64,000 nucleotides of DNA from Fibrobacteria bacterium (GTDB lineage Bacteria; Fibrobacterota; Chitinivibrionia; Chitinivibrionales; FEN-1185): assembly GCA_037447435.1 (NCBI GenBank), contig JBBIGR010000012.1:1-64000 (forward strand), given 5' to 3'. The notes under the pieces are model-generated. The model saw nothing but the letters and a program-made list of their open reading frames with translations. It was not told the DNA's origin and did not search any database. Below are positions 19,468-29,641 of the stretch, piece by piece. The position numbers and the translations under genes were made by a program. How positions within the stretch are numbered: the first letter of the stretch is position 1; each line of letters opens with the position of its first letter.

Positions 19468-19896
19468 ATGAAGACAGTCGTCGTACCTACAGAAGACATC
19501 AAACGCGAATGGTTTGTGATTGACGCAGCAGACAAAATAGTCGGCCGTTTAGCATCCACTATCGCGGGAATTATCATCGGAAAAGGCAAACCTGCATATT
19601 CTCCAAACCAGGATCATGGCGACTTTGTAATCGTCATCAATGCAGATAAAGTCAAACTTTCCGGAAAAAAAGAAGGTTTAAAGACCTATTTCCATCACAC
19701 CCAGTATCCGGGTGGGCAAAAGCATCGCCCATTCAAGGAACAGATGGAAAAAGATTCAACAAAAGTTATCACCCACGCGGTGCATGGCATGGTGCCCAAG
19801 ACAAAACTTGGACGCGCCATCATGAGAAAGCTCCATGTGTATTCTGGCACAGAGCATCCCCATGTTGCACAGCAGCCCAAGTCCCTTTCAATATAA
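19468..19896 (+). CDS. rplM: 50S ribosomal protein L13
   Basis: REWFVIDA, GRLAS, GDFVIVINADKV, HTQYPGG. Confidence 0.98.
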   Translation: MKTVVVPTEDIKREWFVIDAADKIVGRLASTIAGIIIGKGKPAYSPNQDHGDFVIVINADKVKLSGKKEGLKTYFHHTQYPGGQKHRPFKEQMEKDSTKVITHAVHGMVPKTKLGRAIMRKLHVYSGTEHPHVAQQPKSLSI

Positions 19897-19944
19897 TAAG
19901 TCTGAATACGATAGTATTCTCTTATAAACAAGGAGCGAGTCATT

Positions 19945-20334
19945 TTGGATAATGTATTCAAAGCAACCGGGAAGCGTAAGACAGCCATTGCAAGCGTCAT
20001 GGTAAAACCCGGCAAAGGCGAACGTATCATTAACGGTCTTCCTATTAAGGATTATCTTAAAAGCGAAGTGTTGATGCTTGATGTAGAACAGCCCTTCGAT
20101 GTCACTGCAACCGGTAGCACCTACGATGTTGTTGCTCAGGTTCAAGGCGGCGGACTTTCCGGTCAAGCCGGTGCCATTCGCCTTGGTATTTCCCGCGCAC
20201 TTGCCAAAGTAAGCGAAGAATTTCGCAAACAACTAAGGAAAAAAGGCCTCGTCACTCGCGATTCCCGAGTTGTCGAAAGAAAGAAATACGGTCAGGCTGG
20301 AGCTCGCAAACGGTTCCAATTCTCGAAGCGTTAA
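19945..20334 (+). CDS. rpsI: 30S ribosomal protein S9
   Basis: TGKRKTAIA, GGGLSGQAGAIRLGISRAL, ERKKYG..GARKRFQFSKR; TTG start with AGGAG RBS. Confidence 0.98.
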   Translation: MDNVFKATGKRKTAIASVMVKPGKGERIINGLPIKDYLKSEVLMLDVEQPFDVTATGSTYDVVAQVQGGGLSGQAGAIRLGISRALAKVSEEFRKQLRKKGLVTRDSRVVERKKYGQAGARKRFQFSKR

Positions 20335-20346
20335 TCGGAGAAGTTT

Positions 20347-20386
20347 ATACACAAACCCGTCCGTGCGGTATGGGTTTGTGTATTTT
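20347..20386 (+). terminator. Intrinsic terminator after rpsI
   Basis: ATACACAAACCC...GGGTTTGTGTAT followed by a T-rich tract. Confidence 0.7.
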
Positions 20387-20430
20387 ATTTCAATTGTAAA
20401 CCGGGAATATTCCTGGTGTTTTTTTATTCA

Positions 20431-20520
20431 TCACTCACACGCTGCCAGCACGGGATGGGTGCACTTCGATTCGAAGCGTAGTCCTATGCGTATAAACGGC
20501 GTGGAAGTATAACCCAAACT
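20431..20520 (+). ncRNA. rpsB 5' leader (t44-like, S2 autoregulatory element)
   Basis: CACTCACAC start; stem CACGCTG(20438-44)/CGGCGTG(20497-503); TGGGT(20456-60) complementary to ACCCA(20512-16) as in the known rpsB leader pseudoknot. Confidence 0.7.
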
Positions 20521-20532
20521 CAAGGAGTTGTC

Positions 20533-21411
20533 ATGTCCGCTCTTACCCTGCAAGACCTGCTCGAAGCAGGCACTCATTTTGGTCATCAAACAAAACGCTG
20601 GAATCCGAAAATGCAGCGTTTTATCCTTTGCCCGAGAAACGGCATTTACATTATAGACCTTAACAAAACGCTTATCGGCCTTGACAAATACATCAATTGC
20701 GTTAAAAACGAAGTCAAAAACGGCGGTCGGGTTTTGTTTGTCGGTACAAAAAAGCAAATCAAGGATTGCATTCAGGAAGAAGCAACCCGTTGCAATATGC
20801 CCTACGTTACCGAACGTTGGTTGGGCGGCATGCTCACCAATTTTCAGACCATTCGCCAGAGCGTAGCGAAACTTGATAAAATTGAGGCAATGGAAAAAGA
20901 CGGCACTATGGAAGCGCTTCCAAAAAAAGAAGTGCTCATGCACATGAAACATAAAGAAAAACTTTTGTCTGTCTTATCCGGTGTTCGTACAATGGTTAAA
21001 TTGCCCCGGGTAATTTTTGTTGTCGATACTATCAAGGAACAAATCGGCATTGCAGAAGCGCGCAGACTGAAAATTCCTATCGGCGCCATCGTCGACACGA
21101 ATTGCGATCCCGATGAAATCGATTTTCCAATTCCTGGTAACGACGATGCGATCAAATCGGTTCAACTCATAACAAAAACCGTTGCTGATGCGATCATCGA
21201 AGCCGGCGGCGCTCGTTTGGCGGCCGAAATGGAAAAACTCGAGAAACCAACAATGGTTCGCGCCGATGAATCCGAGGAAATTGCGGAACTTCTTGAAAAT
21301 GTCGATGTCCCGGATGCTCTCAAGCCCGATGAAGCCGGCGATGCAAAAGGCGCACCTAAAAAGCACCGCATCGTTCGCAAAAAAATCACCAAATTTGTTG
21401 AAGAAGAGTAA
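20533..21411 (+). CDS. rpsB: 30S ribosomal protein S2
   Basis: LLEAGTHFGHQTKRWNPKM, RWLGGMLTNF, DTNCDPD, PGNDDAIKS. Confidence 0.99.
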   Translation: MSALTLQDLLEAGTHFGHQTKRWNPKMQRFILCPRNGIYIIDLNKTLIGLDKYINCVKNEVKNGGRVLFVGTKKQIKDCIQEEATRCNMPYVTERWLGGMLTNFQTIRQSVAKLDKIEAMEKDGTMEALPKKEVLMHMKHKEKLLSVLSGVRTMVKLPRVIFVVDTIKEQIGIAEARRLKIPIGAIVDTNCDPDEIDFPIPGNDDAIKSVQLITKTVADAIIEAGGARLAAEMEKLEKPTMVRADESEEIAELLENVDVPDALKPDEAGDAKGAPKKHRIVRKKITKFVEEE

Positions 21412-21421
21412 TACTGCTTGT

Positions 21422-21458
21422 GAATATGCTGAAAACCTTTTAGGATTTCAGCATATTC
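21422..21458 (+). terminator. Hairpin between rpsB and tsf (attenuator-like)
   Basis: GAATATGCTGAAA...TTTCAGCATATTC 13-bp inverted repeat. Confidence 0.55.
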
Positions 21459-21559
21459 TCTTACGTATATAAGCACCGCGGGCGAACGCAGTGCTTTTGT
21501 ACCATGGGGCTAAAATCCGCAAGTACAAAACTAAGAATATTCAATAAGGAGATAGGGTC

Positions 21560-22450
21560 ATGGAAATTTCAGCCAGTGTTGTTAAAGAACTCCGGGAAAA
21601 AACCGGTTTGGGCATGATGTTGTGTAAAAAAGCACTATCGGACGCAAACGGCGATATGGAACTTGCCATTGAAACGCTTCGCAAACAAGGTCAGGCAACT
21701 GCCGCAAAACGCGCCGGCAAAGCCGCTAAACAAGGCAAGGTAACCATAGTTTCCGACGAATCTTGCTGCATACTATACGAAGTCAACTCTGAAACCGATT
21801 TCGTTGCCAAAAACGACGATTTCATGGGATTCATCGCAACGCTCGGAAAGCTGCTTTTAGAAAAGAAACCGGCGGATATCGCAGCGGCAAAAACTCTGAC
21901 TTCGCCCGCATTCAACGGTTTGACCGTTGAAGCAAAAGTTCTTGAACTTGTCGCAAAAATCGGAGAAAACATTTCTTTCCGACGTTATTGCAAGGAAACG
22001 GTTTCCACTGCAAATGAAAAACTTTTCACCTATAATCATGGCGACGGCCGCATCGGCATTGTAGTAAAACTCGCAGTTGACAATGCCGCGGCACTGTCGA
22101 ACCAGGCTGTTTTGGACATCGGTAAAGACATCGCGATGCAGGTTGCCGCATCAAATCCTTTGGCGATAGACCGTGCGGCCATGAATAAGGCCTTCGGACC
22201 TACCATCGAAAAGGAAAAAGAAATTTATTTTACACAGGCTCAAACCTCTGGCAAACCTGAACAGGTTTGGCCGAAAATCGTCGAAGGCAAGCTTGATAAA
22301 TTTTACAAAGAATCCACGCTTCTGGAACAGCCCTTCATCCGTGAACCGGAACGCACCGTAACGGCAAGAATCGCTGATGCGGAAAAAGCGGCCGGCACTA
22401 AAATCACTGTTTCATCTTTCGTTCGCTTCGAACTCGGAGCAGAAGCATAA
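21560..22450 (+). CDS. tsf: Elongation factor Ts
   Basis: VKELREKTGLGMMLCKKAL, EVNSETDFVAKN, GENI, IAMQVAA, LLEQPFI. Confidence 0.98.
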   Translation: MEISASVVKELREKTGLGMMLCKKALSDANGDMELAIETLRKQGQATAAKRAGKAAKQGKVTIVSDESCCILYEVNSETDFVAKNDDFMGFIATLGKLLLEKKPADIAAAKTLTSPAFNGLTVEAKVLELVAKIGENISFRRYCKETVSTANEKLFTYNHGDGRIGIVVKLAVDNAAALSNQAVLDIGKDIAMQVAASNPLAIDRAAMNKAFGPTIEKEKEIYFTQAQTSGKPEQVWPKIVEGKLDKFYKESTLLEQPFIREPERTVTARIADAEKAAGTKITVSSFVRFELGAEA

Positions 22451-22508
22451 TTTTTTTTAATTCCCCCTTTTGCATATTGTAAAAGGGGGATTAATCGAGC
22501 AATCCCCT

Positions 22509-23228
22509 ATGACGAAACCAGTTTACAAAAGAATTCTGTTGAAACTTTCCGGAGAGGTTTTTGCCGGAACCAAGGGTTTTGGCTTTGACCTTGCTATTGT
22601 CGACCGCATTGCGGCGGACATTCGCGAAATCCATGAATCTGGAGTGCAAATCGGCGTTGTTATCGGCGGCGGTAATATTTTCCGCGGCGCCGCAGGTGCC
22701 GAAAATATGGACCGGAGCCTTGCCGACAATATCGGTATGCTTGCGACGGCAATAAATTCATTGTATTTAAAATCTTCACTTGAGAAAATCGGCGTGAAAA
22801 CCGTTGTGATGAGCGCCATTCCTTGTCCAAAAGTTGCGGAATATTTCACTGCAGAATCTGCCAGGGCTCATTGTGAAAACAATCATGTCGTGATCATTGC
22901 CGGCGGCACCGGAAACCCATACTTTACTACCGACAGTGCTGCAGCGCTTCGATGCGCCGAAATACAAGCGGAAGTCCTTTTAAAAGCGACCAAGGTCGAC
23001 GGCGTTTACGACAGCGACCCAGTCAAAAACCCTAACGCCGTAAAGTTCACCGCTATAACGCATGCCGAAGCATTGAGCAAAAACCTCCGTGTCATGGATG
23101 CAACTGCTATAGCGCTTTGTATGGAAAACAATATTCCTATTATCGTTTTTAAATTGCTCGAAAGCGGATGCCTTAAAAAATGCATTGAAGGCGCTGCAGT
23201 TGGAACAATTGTCAAAAAGGGAGTGTAA
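22509..23228 (+). CDS. pyrH: Uridylate kinase
   Basis: RILLKLSGE, GGGNIFRG, GTGNPYFTTDSAAALR, KVDGVYDSDP; ATG at 22509. Confidence 0.97.
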   Translation: MTKPVYKRILLKLSGEVFAGTKGFGFDLAIVDRIAADIREIHESGVQIGVVIGGGNIFRGAAGAENMDRSLADNIGMLATAINSLYLKSSLEKIGVKTVVMSAIPCPKVAEYFTAESARAHCENNHVVIIAGGTGNPYFTTDSAAALRCAEIQAEVLLKATKVDGVYDSDPVKNPNAVKFTAITHAEALSKNLRVMDATAIALCMENNIPIIVFKLLESGCLKKCIEGAAVGTIVKKGV

Positions 23229-23230
23229 TC

Positions 23231-23794
23231 ATGGGGCTTAACGCTACTGTGTTTGCGGAATCCGATCAACGGATGAAAAAAACTATTGAAACCTTAAAAA
23301 AAGACTTTTCCCGCGTTCGCACCGGACGTGCAAGTACAACATTGCTTGAAGGAATTACCGTAGATTATTACGGATCACCCATGCCGGTAAATCAGGTAGC
23401 GGCCATATCGGTTCCCGACGCGAGAATGATTATGATTTCCCCGTGGGAAAAAAGCATGGTTTCTCCTATTGAAAAAGCAATTCAGACATCGGATTTGGGG
23501 TTAAACCCGCAAAGCGACGGCAATGTAATACGGCTTCCCATTCCGCCATTGTCGGAAGAGCGTCGTGCCGAGCTTTTCAAACATTGTAAAAAAATAAGCG
23601 AAGACTGCAAAGTCGCCGTCAGGAATATCCGCCGGGATAGTAATGAACAATTGAAAAAAGGTGAAAAAGACAAAGAAATCACTCCTGATGAAGTGAAAAA
23701 AGCCGAAGTTGAGATTCAGAAACTAACCGACAAATTCATTAAGACCATAGACGAGCAGCTTGCTTTAAAAGAAAAAGAAATAATGGAACTGTAA
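23231..23794 (+). CDS. frr: Ribosome recycling factor
   Basis: RTGRAS, VDYYG, LGLNPQSDG, PPLSEERR, VRNIRRD. Confidence 0.98.
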   Translation: MGLNATVFAESDQRMKKTIETLKKDFSRVRTGRASTTLLEGITVDYYGSPMPVNQVAAISVPDARMIMISPWEKSMVSPIEKAIQTSDLGLNPQSDGNVIRLPIPPLSEERRAELFKHCKKISEDCKVAVRNIRRDSNEQLKKGEKDKEITPDEVKKAEVEIQKLTDKFIKTIDEQLALKEKEIMEL

Positions 23795-23815
23795 AAGCTC
23801 TATGCAATTCCTTGT

Positions 23816-23851
23816 AAAAGGCCTTATCATTTTGATAAGGCCTTTTTTTTT
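23816..23851. terminator. Bidirectional intrinsic terminator between frr and suhB
   Basis: AAAAGGCCTTATCA-TTT-TGATAAGGCCTTTTTTTTT. Confidence 0.85.
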
Positions 23852-23854
23852 AGA

Positions 23855-24637
23855 TTACTTGTTTGCCCATTTTACAATTTCAAAAAATTCCTTATGAAAT
23901 TTGCCGTTGGAAACTACAACGCTTTGGGATTCGATTCCAAGCAATTTTCCGTACCTATCGCGGCAAACCCCGCCCGCTTCATTGACAATGAGTAACCCTG
24001 CGGCAAAATCCCAGGGAGAAAGCTTGTACTCAAAGTAGGCGTCGAACCTTCCACAAGCAACCCAGGCAAAATCTAATGCCGCACTGCCTTGTACTTTAAT
24101 GCCCCGTACTCCGGCTTTGAACAAAGTATGCATACTATTTAGGGTCTTTTCCATTATTTCACCTCTATCATAATAAAACCCGGTTACGATCATGGCGCAA
24201 TCGAGATCTGAACATCGTGAAGTTCCAATACGTTTATCGTTTAAAAAAGCACCCTTCCCTTTCTCTGCCGTAAAACATTCGCCCCTCATGGGGTCATAAA
24301 CCACACCAACCAGGACTTCCCCTTTATACGCATATGCAATGGAGACACAGTAGTGTGGAATTCCCTGGGCATAATTGTTCGTCCCATCCAAAGGATCAAT
24401 TATCCACAGATGTTCGAAATCGACTCCGGATTTACAGAAATTCTCCTCGGCTAAAAAAGCATGATCGGGAAATTCCCGTTTTATTTCAGAAACAATCAGA
24501 TTTTCTGCTGCAAGGTCGGCAGAAGTAACCAAATTATTTTTCCCTTTTTCACCGACACTGGCTGTAAGCTGCATTTCCTTTTCAAGAATCCCTGCTTTTT
24601 GGGCTGTTTGTAAGGCAACTTGGAGTTTCTTGCGCAT
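23855..24637 (-). CDS. suhB: Inositol monophosphatase family protein
   Basis: LVTSAD, AEE, WIIDPLDGTNNY, GSAALD, PWDFAAG. Confidence 0.9.
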   Translation of the reverse strand: MRKKLQVALQTAQKAGILEKEMQLTASVGEKGKNNLVTSADLAAENLIVSEIKREFPDHAFLAEENFCKSGVDFEHLWIIDPLDGTNNYAQGIPHYCVSIAYAYKGEVLVGVVYDPMRGECFTAEKGKGAFLNDKRIGTSRCSDLDCAMIVTGFYYDRGEIMEKTLNSMHTLFKAGVRGIKVQGSAALDFAWVACGRFDAYFEYKLSPWDFAAGLLIVNEAGGVCRDRYGKLLGIESQSVVVSNGKFHKEFFEIVKWANK

Positions 24638-24827
24638 TTTTTTACCCTATACTGGTAAATTTCGTATTAAATAATCCACTTAATCCTATGATTTTGTACG
24701 CTCTGGCATGACATAATCGTATATTTTGTATTCATAGTATACTTTGTTTTCACAACAAACCGCACTGGTTTGAATGAATCGATATTTTTCTTTCACTTTA
24801 TTTTACCTTTGCGTATAAAGGGAGATT

Positions 24828-25811
24828 ATGAAGGTAGTTATACCGGTTGCCGGAATGGGAAGACGTTTACAACCGCATACATTCTCGACACCAAAATCCC
24901 TCATGCATGTTGCCGGCAAACCGATATTGGGGCATATATTAGATCTTGTCAAGACTATCGATATAGAAGAAGTAATTTTCGTTACCGGGCCAATGGGCGG
25001 AAAAATAAAGTCTTTTGTAAAGTCTCAATATACGTTCCCGACCAGATTTGTTGACCAAAAAGAACCACTCGGGCTTGGCCATGCCATCAATTGTGCGGCT
25101 CCGTTTATCGGCCATTCGTCGGTTCTTATTATTCTCGGCGATACTATCCTCGATTTCGATATCACCAAATTCGTCCGTTCCAAAAATTCCGTCCTCGGCG
25201 TAAAGAGAATTGATACAAACGCCCGCCAGTTCGGAATAGCGTTTGCCGGAAAAAACAGTATCGTTAAAAAGCTCATAGAAAAACCGGATGTTGAATCCGG
25301 TTTGGCTATTGTAGGTATTTACATGATTAAAGACGGGGCGGCCTTGTGCCGAACATTGGATTCGATGATTACCGCCGGCAAGAAAAAAGCAAATGAATAT
25401 CAACTCACCGACGCTTTACAATTAATGATCGATAATGGCCATGTATTTTCAACATCCCTGATTGACGGGTGGTTTGACTGCGGGGGCGCCAATGCCTTAT
25501 TGGCAACCAACCGATATTTGCTTCCCAGAAACTCTTCGGTACCTAAGGATATTCTTAAAAACAATATCATACTAGAACCCGTTAGCATTCATCCTTCTTG
25601 TGAAATATATCAGTCCATTATCGGACCGTATGTAACTATCGCCGAGGGGAGCAAAGTTACCAAATGTCAAATGACCGACAGTATTATAGAATCCAATGCG
25701 GTTGTTTCGGAATGCGTGCTTGAAAATTCCATTATTGGCGCGAATGCCGTATTAAAGGGTAAGAAAATCAACCTGAATATTGGCGATTCATCGTTTGTTG
25801 AACTCGGATAG
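24828..25811 (+). CDS. Sugar-phosphate nucleotidyltransferase (long-form glucose-1-phosphate thymidylyltransferase-like) with C-terminal hexapeptide repeats
   Basis: VIPVAGMGRRLQPHTFSTPK, PLGLGHA, EKP, EYQLTDAL, WFDCG. Confidence 0.88.
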   Translation: MKVVIPVAGMGRRLQPHTFSTPKSLMHVAGKPILGHILDLVKTIDIEEVIFVTGPMGGKIKSFVKSQYTFPTRFVDQKEPLGLGHAINCAAPFIGHSSVLIILGDTILDFDITKFVRSKNSVLGVKRIDTNARQFGIAFAGKNSIVKKLIEKPDVESGLAIVGIYMIKDGAALCRTLDSMITAGKKKANEYQLTDALQLMIDNGHVFSTSLIDGWFDCGGANALLATNRYLLPRNSSVPKDILKNNIILEPVSIHPSCEIYQSIIGPYVTIAEGSKVTKCQMTDSIIESNAVVSECVLENSIIGANAVLKGKKINLNIGDSSFVELG

Positions 25812-25878
25812 TTGTTGTTTACTTTTATGTTATTAATGATTTCGGTTCCCGTGATCTAGGATCGTTGGAAAAATTGCC

Positions 25879-26493
25879 GTGTGGAATAAAATTGACAAAC
25901 AAATTATATTAGCTTCGCAATCTCCACGACGACGGGATATTTTAAAGCAAATGGGGCTCCAGTTCAATACTCGAGTTCCGCTCATTGAAAATGAATCCGT
26001 TTTTCTTGAAACCGGTCCAATTTTTGAGGCGTTGCCAAACCTTGCATTGGCTAAGGCAAAATCGATTGCTTCGGGCAACGAAGACGCATTAATTCTTGGA
26101 GCAGATACTATAGTGGTTCTCGGAAATACTATTTTAGGAAAACCGAAGAACAAATTAGACGCATTTGAAATGATTCGGACACTTTCTGGAAATGTTCATT
26201 CGGTTGTTACCGGCGTTTCCTTAATATGCAAACAAACAGGTTTTGAAACAAAAACATACGCGTCAACGAATGTCTGGTTCAGGAAAATTGCCGAAGACGA
26301 ATTAGAAGAATATATCGACAAAGGTGATTGGCATGACAAAGCCGGCGCATATGCAATTCAAGGAAATGCGCTGGTTTTTATCGATAAAATAGACGGTTGC
26401 TATTATAATGTCGTCGGATTACCCGTAAGACAAACTATCGATTGTTTTAAGGAGTATTCCGCCGATGCCGCAAAAATAAAAAGTATGTCTTGA
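25879..26493 (+). CDS. maf: Maf/YhdE nucleoside triphosphate pyrophosphatase
   Basis: ILASQSPRR, GADTIV, ILGKP, DKAGAYAIQG, NVVGLP. Confidence 0.93.
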   Translation: MWNKIDKQIILASQSPRRRDILKQMGLQFNTRVPLIENESVFLETGPIFEALPNLALAKAKSIASGNEDALILGADTIVVLGNTILGKPKNKLDAFEMIRTLSGNVHSVVTGVSLICKQTGFETKTYASTNVWFRKIAEDELEEYIDKGDWHDKAGAYAIQGNALVFIDKIDGCYYNVVGLPVRQTIDCFKEYSADAAKIKSMS

Positions 26494-26506
26494 AAGGACA
26501 TCGTGC

Positions 26507-27415
26507 ATGGCTGAAGAAAAAGAATTATCCGAAGATCCAAAGCCAGAGGTTGCCAATGAAAAGGTCGGCGATCTTTTGCGAAAAGAACGAATTACGAAGC
26601 GAATAGCCCTTGAAACCATTGCAAAGGACCTGAAACTGAATGTCAAATATATCAGGGCCTTGGAATCAAATGAATATCATGATCTTCCTGCTGACCCCTA
26701 TATACGCGTGTATCTGAGGTCTCTTGCAAAATATTTATTGCTAGATCCAGAGGATATTTTGAAAAAGTTCTATGAAGAACGCGGTATTCATGAAGAAAAA
26801 TATCGAAAAGGAAGTGAATCTAAAATTACCATAACCATGTCGGATCAGGAGAAAAAGAAAGAGACAAAACCCTGGATAATCATATTAATTGTTATTGTTA
26901 TTTTAGCCGGGATTTCACTCATTGCAAAAAAAATAGGTAACGGACCGGCGTCCCCATCGGCAGGCAACCATAAGGTTATGACTAAAGCGGATTCCTTAGC
27001 CGGGAAAAGCAATGGGAGCGGTGCGGAATCCAGTGACGACAGTATTTTGGGTTCCTTTATTCCTCATGAACAGGCTACTGCGAACGACTCGGCAACATCG
27101 GTTGTCAAGGATACTTCAACCATGACCTTGGAACTACATGTAAAGTCAACAAAAGACTCTGTTTGGATACAGGCTTTCTCGGACGGCATTTCCTGGAAAA
27201 ACTGGCTAAAACCCAATGGGATAAAACGTCTAGCTGCCAAAGACAGCTTTAATTTACATATTGGCAACAGCAAATTGATTGAATACACTTTTAACGGAAA
27301 GCCGTTGAAAATCGAAACTTTGGAAGTCGCCATATTCAAACTGGGTAAGCCATCAAAACAGCCCGAAATCTGGTCGCTCTCCAAATGGAACACTGTTTTC
27401 AAAGGAAAAATCTGA
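26507..27415 (+). CDS. rodZ: RodZ-like protein (HTH, TM, DUF4115-like)
   Basis: VGDLLRKER..IRALE..YIRVYLRSLAKYL HTH, single TM, C-terminal SVW...LHIGN. Confidence 0.8.
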   Translation: MAEEKELSEDPKPEVANEKVGDLLRKERITKRIALETIAKDLKLNVKYIRALESNEYHDLPADPYIRVYLRSLAKYLLLDPEDILKKFYEERGIHEEKYRKGSESKITITMSDQEKKKETKPWIIILIVIVILAGISLIAKKIGNGPASPSAGNHKVMTKADSLAGKSNGSGAESSDDSILGSFIPHEQATANDSATSVVKDTSTMTLELHVKSTKDSVWIQAFSDGISWKNWLKPNGIKRLAAKDSFNLHIGNSKLIEYTFNGKPLKIETLEVAIFKLGKPSKQPEIWSLSKWNTVFKGKI

Positions 27416-27430
27416 TTGTAGGTTAACAAC

Positions 27431-28210
27431 ATGTGGATTGATTCACATGCGCATTTAAGCGATGTCGGCGATAGCAAACTTGAAAATATCGTCGACACCG
27501 CAAAAAAGCACCGCGTTTCCCGCATTATCAATACCGCGACCTCCTTGCTATCCTGCCCAATCGTTTTATTGCAATGCAGTCGATTCACCGAATTGTCGGC
27601 TGCGGTCGGAATATCACCGTTCGACATTGAAAATGCTCCACCAAACTGGGTAAATCTTTTAGAATCGTACTCAATGGACAAACAAGTTATTGCCATCGGA
27701 GAAACCGGCATTGACGATTCCAATCCTACCTACCCGCCGTTTTTGCTTCAGTGCGAGTTTTTTGAAGCCCACTTGTCCCTTGCAAAATCCCGCAATCTTC
27801 CTATAATTATACACTCGCGAGGTTGCGAGAAAACTGCGCTTGAAATGTGCGTCAAGAGCCAAATTCGGCATGCTGTGTTCCATTGTTATACAGGGTCCAT
27901 GGAAACTCTTGCCAAAATCATAGATAGCGGATTCACCGTTTCGTTTTCCGGTATTGTCACCTTTAAAAAGTCATCGTTGTCCTCGTTGGTTGAATATGCT
28001 CCTTTGCAAAACATGCTTATAGAAACCGATTCACCTTACTTGGCCCCGCCACCACATCGAGGAAAACCAAATCAGCCCGCATGGGTTTCCTTGGTAGGAA
28101 AACGTATCGCCGAAATAAAGCGTATTTCTGATGAGGAATGTTCCCAAAAACTTTCCTCATCCTTTAACAGGGTATTTGGTCTGGCCACCTCTGTACAGTG
28201 TAGGGTATAA
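27431..28210 (+). CDS. tatD: TatD family deoxyribonuclease
   Basis: IDSHAH, AIGETGID, IIHSR, FHCYTG, IETDSPYLAP. Confidence 0.93.
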   Translation: MWIDSHAHLSDVGDSKLENIVDTAKKHRVSRIINTATSLLSCPIVLLQCSRFTELSAAVGISPFDIENAPPNWVNLLESYSMDKQVIAIGETGIDDSNPTYPPFLLQCEFFEAHLSLAKSRNLPIIIHSRGCEKTALEMCVKSQIRHAVFHCYTGSMETLAKIIDSGFTVSFSGIVTFKKSSLSSLVEYAPLQNMLIETDSPYLAPPPHRGKPNQPAWVSLVGKRIAEIKRISDEECSQKLSSSFNRVFGLATSVQCRV

Positions 28211-28541
28211 CTCCGTTTTTATACGCGCGGTTAATTTCGGTACCATGGTCTATGCAATACACGTGTATGACAGATACAAAATTACAAATAGGTACAATTT
28301 CGAATAACGGCATGCGCAAAATGTTATTTTATGTTTGGGTCGAAATTCGCCGATTGAGGAGTTGTACGTGGCGAACAACCATAATGACTTGTTTACAGTC
28401 ATTAAAAAGGGTACATTATGTGGATTTTATTTTTCATCTGCGGACTTATCGGCGCAATCATGCTTTTTATTCATATAAATTTGCAATTGAATACACTCGG
28501 CAAATCGGTAGACACCCTTGTTACGGAATTGAAGAAACATT

Positions 28542-29612
28542 ATGAATCTGAATGAATCTCTCTTATTAATAAATGAAAAAGTCCGCAGCCTAAAGAAGTA
28601 TCATCTGGAACCTGAGATATCTTCAATAAAGCTCAATCAAAATGAAAATCCATTTGATTGGCCCATGGAAATCAAAAAGGAAATTGCACAGTTTTGCGTT
28701 TCAAGACCATGGAACCGTTACCCGAATTTTGTTCCCGACCAGCTCCAAGAGAAACTGTCCCAGTATACGAAAGTTCCCAAATCCGGAATATTGGTCGGTA
28801 ACGGTTCCAATGAAATGCTGCTCGTTCTTTTATTATCGCTCGCAAACACAGCCCGAAACGTTATTATATGCCAACCGACCTTCACCGTTTACAGGCTTCT
28901 TGCAACCGGTTTAGGAGCCACCGAAAGATCGGTCGGGCTCAACGCCGACCTGACATTTAACATTCCCGATATTGTTTCCTGCAGCAAACAATATCCGGGA
29001 TCGGTTTTAATACTTTGCAGCCCCAATAATCCGACAGGATCGGTGTTGTCGGAAAGTGACGTGAAAACTATCCTTGCTGAACATAACGGGTTTTGCATTC
29101 TTGATCAGGCGTATATCGAATTCGGCGGGTATAATGCAATAGAGCTTCTTGATAAGTTTCCTAATTTAATTATTACAAGAACTTTTTCAAAAGCTTTTGG
29201 CGGCGCGGGCTTACGCTTGGGTTATATGCTTGGAAATCCCGAAATAGTTTCCCAGATTAATAAAATAAAATTGCCCTATAATGTCAATTTTTTCTCGGAG
29301 CATGTGGCCCAAACATTGCTATCACATACGTCAACGGTTGAAAAACAAGTTGAGTTTCTGATTAATCAACGTGATGACTTGCTTTCTTTTTTAAACAGTC
29401 TTCCGCTCGACAACGTGTATCCGAGTTCGGCAAATTTCATTATGTTCCGTTGCAGGGAAAAACAGGCTCTTTTCGACAATTGCAAGCAAAACGGCATTTT
29501 AATCCGCGATGTCTCATCTTATCCGTTATGCGAAAATTGTCTTCGTGTTAATGTCGGCACCGAACAGGAAAACAGTGCCTTTAAAAAGGTTCTTAAAAAT
29601 TTCTTTGCATAG
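28542..29612 (+). CDS. hisC: Histidinol-phosphate aminotransferase
   Basis: LNQNENP, NRYP, GNGSNE, CSPNNPTG, TRTFSKAFGGAGLRLGY. Confidence 0.93.
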   Translation: MNLNESLLLINEKVRSLKKYHLEPEISSIKLNQNENPFDWPMEIKKEIAQFCVSRPWNRYPNFVPDQLQEKLSQYTKVPKSGILVGNGSNEMLLVLLLSLANTARNVIICQPTFTVYRLLATGLGATERSVGLNADLTFNIPDIVSCSKQYPGSVLILCSPNNPTGSVLSESDVKTILAEHNGFCILDQAYIEFGGYNAIELLDKFPNLIITRTFSKAFGGAGLRLGYMLGNPEIVSQINKIKLPYNVNFFSEHVAQTLLSHTSTVEKQVEFLINQRDDLLSFLNSLPLDNVYPSSANFIMFRCREKQALFDNCKQNGILIRDVSSYPLCENCLRVNVGTEQENSAFKKVLKNFFA

Positions 29613-29641
29613 GAATTATTAATAATAAAAAAGGACTCTTT

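Noticed and set aside
27064..27723. 219-aa minus-strand ORF
   Set aside because: Antisense to the well-supported rodZ and tatD
28252..28545. 97-aa ORF upstream of hisC, or a possible his attenuator leader
   Set aside because: No recognisable motif, no good RBS and no run of His codons; more likely promoter DNA, though a small gene cannot be excluded
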